Shown here one piece after another: positions 18,576 through 28,213 of a stretch of DNA of 64,000 bases. This stretch comes from Promethearchaeota archaeon. Lineage in GTDB: Archaea; Asgardarchaeota; Lokiarchaeia; Sigyniarchaeales; SOKP01. Positions within the stretch are counted from its first letter, which is position 1, and the number at the start of each line of letters is the position of its first letter. A program made the translations under genes and the position numbers. The stretch covers positions 1 to 64,000 of the forward strand of contig JBHLNZ010000007.1 in the NCBI GenBank assembly GCA_048941015.1, read 5' to 3'. The notes under the pieces were generated by a model. The model was given only the letters and a program-made list of their open reading frames with translations. It did no database searches and had not been told where the DNA came from.

Positions 18576-18598
18576 CAATTTATTAAGAACTTAAATTT

Positions 18599-18724
18599 TT
18601 ACGGGATTAATGTCATTTGTTCATAAATTGCACCAAATATCGTGTATTCACCATTAATTAATCCCAATGTTAATAAGGATAATGCAATTAAGAGAATTAT
18701 AAAACCTATTAACTTTTTTCTCAT
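18599..18724 (-). CDS. 41-aa single-TM membrane protein (not in ORF track)
   Basis: MRKKLIGFIILLIALSLLTLGLINGEYTIFGAIYEQMTLIP: basic N-terminus plus hydrophobic helix, filling the intergenic gap. Confidence 0.6.
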   Translation of the reverse strand: MRKKLIGFIILLIALSLLTLGLINGEYTIFGAIYEQMTLIP

Positions 18725-18774
18725 TTAAACCAAATTATATAATAATCTATTAATATTAAAATTTTAGATTTGAA

Positions 18775-19671
18775 TCATTTCGTAAGTTTTTCTAATGTCT
18801 CAATTTTTAAATCAATTTTCTTTAACTTAAGTTCAAAATCTTTACCTTTTTCTTTATAAACTTCTTCTGAAATTTCTTTAGCAGAATATCGTCCTTTGTT
18901 TAAATTTTTTTCTGCAGATAACTCCGTTTTTTCTAATTTTAATTCTTTGATCCATAATTTCATCCCCTCAATTAAATCTATTCTCTCAGTTTCTAAATCT
19001 TCTTTCTCCTGCTTGTATTTGTCTCTTAATTTCTCGAAAGATTCTTTATCAACCTTGTGAAGCTTAAATTCTTTTGTTAAGTTTTTAAGTTGATATATTT
19101 TAGTATCGATATCATTTTTAATTCTCTGGACAATAAATGGTTTCTCCATCTTTTTATCAATATCTACTTCTTTTTGTTTGAGTTCATTAATCAAAGTCTT
19201 AATAGCATCAAGCTTTACATTAATAGATTTATTATACTCCTCGTCGTATTCATATTGTGAATCTTTTAATTCTTTTTGAAGATCCTTGAGTTTATCAGAC
19301 AGAATCTGTTTATTTAATTGGATATCGTTATATTCGATATAAAGAATCATTTGTTCTTTTACTTCGAAAGGAAGGGGTTTTTCATATTTTTCTTGTTCTT
19401 TTTTAGCTTTCTTCCTTTTTTCTTTCTTTTCAACGAATATCTCCTCTTCTGATTCTTCTTCTTCTTGTTCTTCAATAGAAAGTGCTTTTTGGGGAACTTT
19501 TTGTTTTATACGTTCTTTTGGGGTTTTTGTTGTTTCTGTTGTATCTGTTTGCTTTGACGGTGACGGCTTTTCGGATTTAGATAAATCTCTAAGGACAGGC
19601 TTTCCACATATAATGCAAAATTTATCAGTTTCTTTTAAAGGATTGCCGCAATAAACACAGTATTTAGCCAT
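18775..19671 (-). CDS. Zinc-ribbon protein with CdvA-like coiled-coil C-terminus
   Basis: CVYCG...FCIICG; repeated helix-turn motifs HKVDKESFEKL and KEISEEVYKEK. Confidence 0.6.
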   Translation of the reverse strand: MAKYCVYCGNPLKETDKFCIICGKPVLRDLSKSEKPSPSKQTDTTETTKTPKERIKQKVPQKALSIEEQEEEESEEEIFVEKKEKRKKAKKEQEKYEKPLPFEVKEQMILYIEYNDIQLNKQILSDKLKDLQKELKDSQYEYDEEYNKSINVKLDAIKTLINELKQKEVDIDKKMEKPFIVQRIKNDIDTKIYQLKNLTKEFKLHKVDKESFEKLRDKYKQEKEDLETERIDLIEGMKLWIKELKLEKTELSAEKNLNKGRYSAKEISEEVYKEKGKDFELKLKKIDLKIETLEKLTK

Positions 19672-19887
19672 ATTAAATCCTACTTTTTTTAATTTATTTA
19701 ATAAAATGGTCTTATAATTTAAATAAAATATATTTAATTAAACTTTACTGGAGTCCAATTTTTAGAGTTTTTATAAAGAAATATTGAAGATATTTATTAA
19801 CTTGATTCTTTCTAACCTTAAATAAAGTTAATTTGAAATAAATTATTAATCATATTAAAACCCTTATTTAAGAAATAATACATTTCA

Positions 19888-21336
19888 ATGGCAGAACTAA
19901 AAGATAAGATTCCTGTTCATTTAGGATTATTTGGGCATATTGATTCAGGAAAGACAGCTTTGGCTGCAGTTTTAAGTGAGATAATATCAACAGCAGGTAT
20001 TGATGCTCATCCACAAAGTAAAGAAAGGGGTATCACAATAGACTTAGGTTTTACGAGTTTTTTATTAGAAGATTATCTAATCACTCTAGTGGACGGACCG
20101 GGTCATGCAGATTTGATTAGGATTAGTGCATCCTCAGTTGAAATAATTGATTGTGCAATTATTGTAATTGATATAAACAAAGGACCCCAAATTCAAACTG
20201 GAGAACATTTAATCATGATAGAATCTCTTGATATTAAAGATCTAATAGTGGTTCTTAATAAAATTGATTTATTTACAGGGAATATTGGGAAATCTATTGA
20301 AAAAACGAGAGAGTTCTTTAGATCAACATCATATGGATTTGAAGTTCCGATATATGCTGTTTCTGCTAAGAAAAAAATTGGTTTCGAAGAACTAAAAGTT
20401 GGAATTTTAAATAAAGTAAAAGCTATAGATATTAAAAGAGATATAGAAGGTACATTTATTATGCCCATTGATCACCACTTTTCAATAAAAGGAAGAGGGG
20501 CAGTAATTACAGGAACTATCTTAAAAGGAACTTTAAAGCTAGATCAAAAAGTTGAAGTAATTCCAATAAATAGTTCAGGAAGAGTAAAATCGATTCAAAC
20601 CTTTCACCACAATGTAGATACAGCTAAAGCTGGTGACAGAGTTGGCTTAAACATAAAAGCTTTAGACGTAAAAAAGATATATCGAGGTTGTTATATTACA
20701 GATAATAAAAATGTTTTTGAATTCTGTGATTTAATAGAGATTTTTGTTAAAGATAACAAATTATTTAAACCAGAAACTCATTTTGGAAGTCAAGTCCATG
20801 TAACCATAGGAATGGTGACAATCGCAGCTACAATATATCCTTTCTATGAATTAGATGAAAAAAGGGTTCAAACGAACATTAAAGACCATGGATTAGGATT
20901 TAAAGCATTCCTATATTTAAATACACCAGTAATTATTAGTAAACAAAAAACAACTATATTAATGAGTCGTCTAGATTTACCTCCAACAACTCTAAGAATA
21001 CTAGGGTCTGGTAAGTTAATTAAAATCCATAAAGATCCACCATTAATGTACAAATTTAAAATTAAAAAGGGCAAGATTCAAAATCTTGATCATCCTCAAG
21101 GAATAATAGCCTATGGATTAGCCCAAAGTCTTAATGGTGCTAGGAAAATTACAGGTCGAAATTTAGAGACACCTTTTTCTAAAATCCTTGGACCCTTTGG
21201 GACTAAAGGAGCAGTAATTGTAGGTATTGAAGCTAAAAGGAATAAAAGTGAAATAAAAAAGGGAGATACTGTTATTTTAAAAGAATTAAGAAGTTTTCGG
21301 TTAAAACGCAAAAAAGATTTAAATGTTCAAAATTAA
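19888..21336 (+). CDS. selB: Selenocysteine-specific elongation factor SelB/EFSec
   Basis: GHIDSGKT, PQSKERGITIDLGF, DGPGHADLIR, NKID, IDHHFSIKGRG, RLDLPPTTLRI, GPFGTKG. Confidence 0.94.
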   Translation: MAELKDKIPVHLGLFGHIDSGKTALAAVLSEIISTAGIDAHPQSKERGITIDLGFTSFLLEDYLITLVDGPGHADLIRISASSVEIIDCAIIVIDINKGPQIQTGEHLIMIESLDIKDLIVVLNKIDLFTGNIGKSIEKTREFFRSTSYGFEVPIYAVSAKKKIGFEELKVGILNKVKAIDIKRDIEGTFIMPIDHHFSIKGRGAVITGTILKGTLKLDQKVEVIPINSSGRVKSIQTFHHNVDTAKAGDRVGLNIKALDVKKIYRGCYITDNKNVFEFCDLIEIFVKDNKLFKPETHFGSQVHVTIGMVTIAATIYPFYELDEKRVQTNIKDHGLGFKAFLYLNTPVIISKQKTTILMSRLDLPPTTLRILGSGKLIKIHKDPPLMYKFKIKKGKIQNLDHPQGIIAYGLAQSLNGARKITGRNLETPFSKILGPFGTKGAVIVGIEAKRNKSEIKKGDTVILKELRSFRLKRKKDLNVQN

Positions 21337-21362
21337 TTATATAATTAAGTGAGGTTATAAAA

Positions 21363-21803
21363 ATGGAAAGATTGCATGCTTCTGAAATAAATATCGATCA
21401 AGAAGTATTATCCGAATTAATGCGTAATTTAGAACATTTAGAAAGTTCAACAGATTTAGAAGGAACAGCGATCGTTTCAAAACAGGGATTGAGAATTGCT
21501 AGCTCTGAAACTGCTGATGTTGTGGCAGATATTTATAGTGCTAGTCCTGCTACCTTAATTTCTTTAGGAGAGAAAATAAGTACTGGTTTAGGACAAGGAG
21601 AATTGAGAGAGATTGTTATTAGAGGAGTAAAAGGTTACACGATAATTTTAGTTGGTTCTTCTGATAATAACTTTATGCTTTTTACTAATTGCAAAAAGGG
21701 CTATAAATTAGGATATTATTTTCACAAAATCCGAAAAGCTTTTAAAGAAATGGAACCTGTGTTAAAACAAATTCCAACCCAGGAAAGTGGTCCTAATTTT
21801 TAA
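21363..21803 (+). CDS. Roadblock/LC7 (MglB-like) protein
   Basis: LEGTAIVSKQGLRIAS...LGQGELREIVIRGVKGY. Confidence 0.85.
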   Translation: MERLHASEINIDQEVLSELMRNLEHLESSTDLEGTAIVSKQGLRIASSETADVVADIYSASPATLISLGEKISTGLGQGELREIVIRGVKGYTIILVGSSDNNFMLFTNCKKGYKLGYYFHKIRKAFKEMEPVLKQIPTQESGPNF

Positions 21804-21839
21804 CTTAAAATATTAATGTATTCTTTAAATAATATTATT

Positions 21840-22265
21840 TTATACATGTTTCCATTTTATAGTATCATTGTTCATTAAGTAAAAAAAATTTACAGGTATA
21901 CTTGGAGGGGGATCATTATTAACACTATATACCCATCCAGGACCAACATTATTAATTTCTATAACAAACAAACCCCATCCATAATCTTGAATTTTAACGT
22001 CGCAACAATTTAACAATGCGTGATATGCCGTAGTTTCATAATTTATTAAATTAATATTTTCATATCTTTCATTATCTTTAATACCAGAGTAATCTATCAA
22101 TACAGTAATATTTTCAACCATATACAGTTTTTCGTTTCTATTTTCATTGGTTTGATTAAGATTTGGTTGATAGTTTTGCAAAACAATGAAATTGAATAGA
22201 ATTAGTAAAAAGAATGCGGAAAATCCTATGAATCCGATTATAATGAATTTCTTTTTATTTTCCAT
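21840..22265 (-). CDS. Membrane-anchored DUF4430-like (transcobalamin C-terminal-like) protein
   Basis: N-terminal TM; TAYHAL, GLFVIEINNV, WVYSVN, DTIKW. Confidence 0.7.
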   Translation of the reverse strand: MENKKKFIIIGFIGFSAFFLLILFNFIVLQNYQPNLNQTNENRNEKLYMVENITVLIDYSGIKDNERYENINLINYETTAYHALLNCCDVKIQDYGWGLFVIEINNVGPGWVYSVNNDPPPSIPVNFFYLMNNDTIKWKHV

Positions 22266-22303
22266 TATTTAAATTCAAGCTTTAAAAAAATGTAATTAAA
22301 TTA

Positions 22304-23116
22304 TTATTTCGTTTTTTCTTTTAATTTAAAATTTATTTTCAGCGATAAGAATGGTATTATAATAAATATAATAGAAGCCATTATTAGGATATTATAGGAT
22401 GGGATCAAGGGGGTGTCTGTTAAATCGGGAAGATTCGTTAATCTCATCTCAAGAGTATAATTGCCGACACTAGTATTGGTGTAAACTAATAGTCCAGAAA
22501 TTTTATCGTAACTTGATGTCGTATTCTGAAAAAATGTTTCTTGCTTAAAATCAAATGTAATTTTATCATTAATTTCCCGAATAGAAATAGTAGCATTCAT
22601 GGGAGGCTGATCTTGAGCATATGCCTGTTCTTTTAAATAGGTAAAATTATCAATAGGAAGTAAAAATCCAGATTGAAAATAATTATACCCAATAGCTAAA
22701 TTCATAGCAGCTTCTCCGTTAGAAACATTGTAAAAAGTAGTATTGGTGACTAGTGTACCATTTCTATTTTCAATAAATTCTATGCTCATATAAGGTATAG
22801 GACTTTCAAAGAGGTTAAAAAAATCATTAGGATCTTTTTCGTAAAATCCGGTAAAGTTTACTTTAATTTGACCTCCTGGTGTTGTATTTGCAAATCCTTT
22901 TGATGGTGCTAAATAATCTACATCTAACCATTCGAGAGATTTACTAGTATTAAAAGCACTAACATTATATATGTAAATTGTGTCTAAATTTAGCTGTTTA
23001 TTAAATTTACTTGGAATTGTTGAATTTGCTTTAACAATTGGGACTGTAAATAAGAAAAAGGCAGAGTTTAAAACTAAAAAGATAAAGAGTTCAGCCAAAT
23101 AATTTTTAGTTCTCAT
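22304..23116 (-). CDS. Secreted/surface protein with Loki-CTERM-like sorting tail
   Basis: Signal peptide, many NxS/T sequons, C-terminal IPSY then TM helix then basic tail. Confidence 0.7.
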   Translation of the reverse strand: MRTKNYLAELFIFLVLNSAFFLFTVPIVKANSTIPSKFNKQLNLDTIYIYNVSAFNTSKSLEWLDVDYLAPSKGFANTTPGGQIKVNFTGFYEKDPNDFFNLFESPIPYMSIEFIENRNGTLVTNTTFYNVSNGEAAMNLAIGYNYFQSGFLLPIDNFTYLKEQAYAQDQPPMNATISIREINDKITFDFKQETFFQNTTSSYDKISGLLVYTNTSVGNYTLEMRLTNLPDLTDTPLIPSYNILIMASIIFIIIPFLSLKINFKLKEKTK

Positions 23117-23241
23117 AGTTTAATAGAAATTTTATTTTTATTTTAATAAATAAAATGAAACATTATATAAAAAGAATAGGATAAGTTTCCTATAAATATA
23201 TTTTGTTTTAATACCTAATTAGATTATAAATCCAAAAATGG

Positions 23242-23586
23242 TTGAAAAATGAGTGGTTCATATATATATCGTTGCATAATTATGATGTGAATAAAGATTT
23301 TGATAAGAAACTATTTAAAGCAATTATTGACAGCTATTTAAAACATTTTAATAACAAAAATGAATTAAATTTATGGTTATGCGAAACACTAATTAAATTA
23401 ATGAATCTACTAAAAGCAATAAAAAATAAAGCATTAATTAAAGATGCGTTGATTATAGTTTTAAATTTAACACGAGATATGCCTTTAAATAACTATAATA
23501 TGCATTTGAAAAATTTTAAGAATATATCTTTAAATAATAGTATAGAAGCTAAGCATCTGCTAAAAAAAGTATGGGGATTAAATTAA
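23242..23586 (+). CDS. Hypothetical helical protein
   Basis: ORF only; start uncertain. Confidence 0.45.
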   Translation: MKNEWFIYISLHNYDVNKDFDKKLFKAIIDSYLKHFNNKNELNLWLCETLIKLMNLLKAIKNKALIKDALIIVLNLTRDMPLNNYNMHLKNFKNISLNNSIEAKHLLKKVWGLN

Positions 23587-23680
23587 TATGATAAGAAATT
23601 TCTAAACTTTCAGAGTCATTTCAAATTTTAATCAAAATTTTTATGTTCAGTAGTGAATTTAGTTAGAAAATAATTATTAA

Positions 23681-23950
23681 TTGGATTTTAAAAAAATGAG
23701 TTCAGGAACAGCCCAAAAAGAAAGAACAGACCTTATTGATATACAATTAGAAAATGAAAAATCTTTTACAGAGATAATTTCTGATATCAGTATCCCTTTT
23801 TCTGAAATTTTAAAGAGAGAAGAACCTAACTTTATATATTCTGGAAGTGAAAAGATGCGATTTAATGAACGTCATCCAATATTTAAGGCTCTTTTAAAAA
23901 TTGAATTTGAAGAAGCAGTACTACAGTACTTACACAAAATACAAGCATAA
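23681..23950 (+). CDS. Hypothetical protein
   Basis: ORF with plausible composition; start probably at the internal ATG (MSSG). Confidence 0.55.
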   Translation: MDFKKMSSGTAQKERTDLIDIQLENEKSFTEIISDISIPFSEILKREEPNFIYSGSEKMRFNERHPIFKALLKIEFEEAVLQYLHKIQA

Positions 23951-24271
23951 TTCACTAAATAGTTAAATTACTACTTATTATTCTATTAATTACTTTAAAA
24001 ATAGTAGATTTTTTCTAAATTGAAAGTAATTACATAAATGAAATTGAAAAAAATCAAAAAAAGAATAAAAAGCAATAATTCAAGGATTTATATAAAGAAT
24101 TAAGAAAAAGTTAAGTTATGTTAATTTATATACATTTGTGTCTAATTTTTATTGTTTTAATTTTAAGATCAAATAGGAAATTTATCCTATAACTTTATAA
24201 TAATTCTTAGATTATTAAACTTAATAAAAAAAAGAATAGTTAATTCCAATCTATACATTTTTTAAGAAATT

Positions 24272-24928
24272 ATGGAAAAAGTAAAGCACAATAATGCTAA
24301 ATTACCCATTAAAGTTGCGTTTAAGGAGCATTCTAAGCTAAATCGTGAAATTCTAAATCATAATGTATGGATTGAAAAAACATCATATCGTATTGCTTTA
24401 ATAAGTATTTTTTCTGCCTTAGCAGTAGTATTAGGATATATGTTAGCGTATATCCCAAACATAGAAATGTTTACACTTACTATATTTTTATCTGGATTTA
24501 TTTTAGGTAAGAAGGAAGGGATTATAGTAGGATTATTAAGTTCATCGATATTTACTTTTTTTAATCCTTTAGGAGCTTCACCAGCGCCACTTTTTATTTA
24601 TCAAATAATTCATTATTCTTTAACGGGTTTAGCTGGAAATATTACAAGAAACTTTTTAATTAAAAAAAATTATTTTGGAGCAAAAGAAGACTTATATGTT
24701 TTTCCAATATTTTTGATTTTTGGCTTCACGGGAGCATTAATTACCTTTATATATGATGTAATAAGCACTACTATTAGTGCTTTTTTGGTCTCAATTACTT
24801 TTAAATACTTTATCGTGACATATATGACAGGTATCATTTTCACAACTATTCATCTAATTGGAAATGTACTCAGTTTTGTATTCTTATTACCTGGTTTAGT
24901 CTTAGTAGTACAAAAAATATTAGATTAA
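24272..24928 (+). CDS. ECF transporter S component (CbrT-like, probably cobalamin)
   Basis: IALISIFSALAVV...IPNIE...GFILG, about 6 TM, HLIGN. Confidence 0.75.
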   Translation: MEKVKHNNAKLPIKVAFKEHSKLNREILNHNVWIEKTSYRIALISIFSALAVVLGYMLAYIPNIEMFTLTIFLSGFILGKKEGIIVGLLSSSIFTFFNPLGASPAPLFIYQIIHYSLTGLAGNITRNFLIKKNYFGAKEDLYVFPIFLIFGFTGALITFIYDVISTTISAFLVSITFKYFIVTYMTGIIFTTIHLIGNVLSFVFLLPGLVLVVQKILD

Positions 24929-24967
24929 TAAATTAATAGAAATAATAAACTTCTTCAGAATTAGGGT

Positions 24968-25459
24968 CTATTTCGCTTCAGATAAAACTGTAACTTTTCC
25001 TCCTGCTGATTCTATTTTTTCTACAGCTCGTTTTGAAGCCTTTTTGACTGTGATATTAATCTTTTTATTTATTTCTCCTCGACCTAAAATTTTTTGAATA
25101 TTAATATCATTTAAATTAATGGTGTATGTATTTCCAGATTTAGTTGCTTTGTTTTGTTTAGCTAAATTCTCGATTTGGTGATCTAAATCCTTTATATTTA
25201 AGCTATTAACTTTATAAATACGAACAATATCTTGAGGTCTTTTAAAACCTTTCTTACCGATATCCCAATCCGGATCAGGAAATCCTAATTCTTTTTGTTT
25301 AAGGTAATAAGACTTTTTGCTCTTTTTCCATTGAGTAGTTTTTCCTTTTCCCGCTCTTTGTCCAGTTTTGCGATGCTGTCCTACTCTACCATAGCCACAA
25401 GTACGAGTTCCTCTCTTTTTTCTTATCTTTCTTGGATATTTTCTCATTTTTTTCACCAA
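24968..25459 (-). CDS. rpl15: Ribosomal protein uL15
   Basis: RGTRTCGYG, GKKGF, KILGRG, AVEKIESAGG. Confidence 0.95.
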   Translation of the reverse strand: MVKKMRKYPRKIRKKRGTRTCGYGRVGQHRKTGQRAGKGKTTQWKKSKKSYYLKQKELGFPDPDWDIGKKGFKRPQDIVRIYKVNSLNIKDLDHQIENLAKQNKATKSGNTYTINLNDINIQKILGRGEINKKINITVKKASKRAVEKIESAGGKVTVLSEAK

Positions 25460-25463
25460 GCGA

Positions 25464-26009
25464 TTAAATCATTTTATGGATTAATTCATTTATATAATTC
25501 TCAACATAACCAAGAGTTCCGCCTTCTTTATAATGTTTCTTTATAGATCCCTTGTATCCTGTCTTTGGTGGGTGTAGTCGAAAGACTGGTTTTATTTTAT
25601 CAATGTCTTTTGTTCTATATTGAATTTTACCATTCATTAATGCTTTTGCAAATTCTTTAATATTTTGATATTGTGTTAAATTTTTTATATGTATGTCTGT
25701 AAGTGGTTTATTACCTTCTACTTTACCTCTAGCTCTTAATAATCTAATCAAAGTTTTTTCGTCTATTTCACCATAAGCAATATAATCTTTACATTTATTC
25801 AGCATCCCCATATAACTTGGTTCACCCCATATTAAAACTCCGTGATTTACTTTATGCATTCTTAACATTTTAAGAGTGTCGTTAATTATATTTCTCATTC
25901 CTGGAGCGCCCCTAATTCTTATAGCAAAATATAACTTAGGTTCCTTAAACTTCTTTAATTTATATTTTTTTCTTACTATTATTTCATTCTCAGCCATCAT
26001 ATACACCAC
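25464..26009 (-). CDS. rpl30: Ribosomal protein uL30
   Basis: AIRIRG, DTLKMLRM, FRLHPP. Confidence 0.95.
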   Translation of the reverse strand: MVYMMAENEIIVRKKYKLKKFKEPKLYFAIRIRGAPGMRNIINDTLKMLRMHKVNHGVLIWGEPSYMGMLNKCKDYIAYGEIDEKTLIRLLRARGKVEGNKPLTDIHIKNLTQYQNIKEFAKALMNGKIQYRTKDIDKIKPVFRLHPPKTGYKGSIKKHYKEGGTLGYVENYINELIHKMI

Positions 26010-26016
26010 TCATAAA

Positions 26017-26631
26017 TTACAGGTTAAAATTATATTTATGGGCATTCTTAAGTGCATTAAAGGTTGCTTTCACGAGATTTTCACTTGTTCTTGTATCTCC
26101 AAAAGTCTTACTCCATATATCTTCTATTCCTGCTAATTTTAATACTTGTTTGACTTTGTCTGCACAAGCTAGTCCAACTCCTGCTGGTGCTGGTATCAAA
26201 CGTATTCGTATTGAACCACACTTTCCATCTACTTTGAAAGGTACGCTATGAGTTCCCCCACATCCACATTCTCTGCTTCCACAACCTCTTAATACAGGTA
26301 TTACAGATAATTTTGCTTTATCAATTGCCTTTCTTATTGCTGGTCCTACTTCTCTACTTTTTGCTGAACCAACTCCAATAAATCCATCAGTTCCCACTAT
26401 AACAACAGCTTTGAATTTGCTCCTTTGACCACTAGCAGACATCTGTTGTACCATGGAAATTTTTATGACATCTTCAGATAATTGAGGTAAAAGAATATCA
26501 ATAATTTCTTTTTCTTTAACAACTAGATTATTAGCAAAAATCTTATCAAGGGTTATTAGTCCTTGTTGAACTAGTTCACCTAGTCGTGTTCTTGGAACCC
26601 ATGTTTCTTCAATATTTCTTAATCGACTCAA
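26017..26631 (-). CDS. rps5: Ribosomal protein uS5, TTG start
   Basis: WVPRTRLG, HSVPFKVDGKCGS, PAPAGVGL. Confidence 0.96.
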   Translation of the reverse strand: MSRLRNIEETWVPRTRLGELVQQGLITLDKIFANNLVVKEKEIIDILLPQLSEDVIKISMVQQMSASGQRSKFKAVVIVGTDGFIGVGSAKSREVGPAIRKAIDKAKLSVIPVLRGCGSRECGCGGTHSVPFKVDGKCGSIRIRLIPAPAGVGLACADKVKQVLKLAGIEDIWSKTFGDTRTSENLVKATFNALKNAHKYNFNL

Positions 26632-26646
26632 TATTATTCACTTTTA

Positions 26647-27240
26647 TTAAGCTTTATTTTCAATAGTTTTAATTGTGTCTGAAAAAATTTGACTTATTTT
26701 TAACGGATTAATTTTATTTTTCTTCAAATATCCTGAAAATATTTTCTCATATTTTTCCGGATCTTCCGCTTTCAATCGTTTGGCAAACTCTTCTATATGA
26801 GAGCCCTTTATCCTCGAATTTAAACTCTCTGGAAAAAATTCTTCATTATAGGGAATTTCCATTCCAGCATCTATTACACCTTTACAAGCTGCTAAGACTC
26901 TATTTCTATGATAAAAAATACCTAAATCAAAAATAGCTTCTTGAATTTTCTTACTTTTAGCTCTCAATCCAACTAAATATCCAGTTAAATAAGCAGCAGG
27001 GATATTACCGGTACTTGCTTTCCATCCATATTTAGTTATTAACTCTTTAGAATGTGCTGAAACTAAAATTTTATCCCCACCAATATTAGATTGAATGATC
27101 TGAATAGTAATATGATTATTTGAAGATCTTATAGCCACTCTTAGTTTTTTTGATTTAAGTAACTTTAATCTTCTATGATAATTCGTTTTACCTTCTTCTC
27201 TTCTTCGAAAAGATCTCCTATATCTCGGTCCTTTAGCCAT
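26647..27240 (-). CDS. rpl18: Ribosomal protein uL18
   Basis: MAKGPRY, RRREEGKTNY, NIPAAYLTG. Confidence 0.96.
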   Translation of the reverse strand: MAKGPRYRRSFRRREEGKTNYHRRLKLLKSKKLRVAIRSSNNHITIQIIQSNIGGDKILVSAHSKELITKYGWKASTGNIPAAYLTGYLVGLRAKSKKIQEAIFDLGIFYHRNRVLAACKGVIDAGMEIPYNEEFFPESLNSRIKGSHIEEFAKRLKAEDPEKYEKIFSGYLKKNKINPLKISQIFSDTIKTIENKA

Positions 27241-27243
27241 AAT

Positions 27244-27699
27244 TTATCTACCCCTTCTCATTAATTCATTTTCTTTAATATAACGATGCATTTGTGAAAC
27301 ACTATTAAACATCCCGCCTTTTGCATTTTTATATAATTTTCTGTAAGTAGCTGTCGTAATTAATTTGCGATCTCTCAATTTTTTCAATTCTCGCCTCTGA
27401 GGTCGAATTTTTCTTATCCATGCAGTCTTTTTAGGCGTTCTAGCATGTTTCTTTCCTTTTCTTTTTCCAAGTCCTCTAGCTCGTCCTCTCTTTTTTCTTT
27501 CATGGTTAATTGTTTTTCGATATTTTGAAATTCCTTTCTTATATTTCTTCTTTATAACCCCTTCTTTAATTAAATTACGTATATCTTCGCGTGTGATTGC
27601 CATTTGAATATCTTCTATTAGATACGGATCGAAATAAATCCTATTTTCTCCACATTTCAGTATTTCTGCTGCTATCCTTTTTTGGGCTTTTAAACTCAT
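27244..27699 (-). CDS. rpl19e: Ribosomal protein eL19
   Basis: LKAQKRIAAEIL, YKNAKGGMF. Confidence 0.96.
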   Translation of the reverse strand: MSLKAQKRIAAEILKCGENRIYFDPYLIEDIQMAITREDIRNLIKEGVIKKKYKKGISKYRKTINHERKKRGRARGLGKRKGKKHARTPKKTAWIRKIRPQRRELKKLRDRKLITTATYRKLYKNAKGGMFNSVSQMHRYIKENELMRRGR

Positions 27700-27721
27700 A
27701 AATTATCACTTACTTATTTAA

Positions 27722-28201
27722 TTAATCCTCATCAATTAAATCTTCTAAATCTTCAGTATCTATATATTCTTCATCCTCAATAGAAGATTCTAACATAGAT
27801 TCTAAACTTGCTAATTCCTTATGTGATATTCCTACATTAAGGACCTTAAAACCTCTATTTTGAACGTAATCAATCAAAGATATTCTTTTTTTAGCACCTA
27901 ACTTACCTGCTATTCTTATTGCATGTTTTTTATTATTTAGACCGATTAAATCTTTTTTATTGAATATTCTAACTTCTTCATAACCCGATGGATGTAAACC
28001 CCTCACTTTTTTAGGATTTCTATAACCCACTGTTGGAGATTTTACACCAGTTTTTGTCTTTTTTCTGGTTTGAGAATCAATTCCTCTTGATTTTCTCCAA
28101 GAATCTTTCACTCTTATATATCTCCAAGATTCTACTCTCTTAAAAGAAGGTCTTTTCTTATTATTTCTTTTTCTAATTTCTAATAGCCTTTTTTGATTCA
28201 C
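27722..28201 (-). CDS. rpl32e: Ribosomal protein eL32, GTG start, acidic tail
   Basis: WRKSRGIDS, VRGLHPSG. Confidence 0.95.
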   Translation of the reverse strand: MNQKRLLEIRKRNNKKRPSFKRVESWRYIRVKDSWRKSRGIDSQTRKKTKTGVKSPTVGYRNPKKVRGLHPSGYEEVRIFNKKDLIGLNNKKHAIRIAGKLGAKKRISLIDYVQNRGFKVLNVGISHKELASLESMLESSIEDEEYIDTEDLEDLIDED

Positions 28202-28213
28202 AGTTTATCACCT

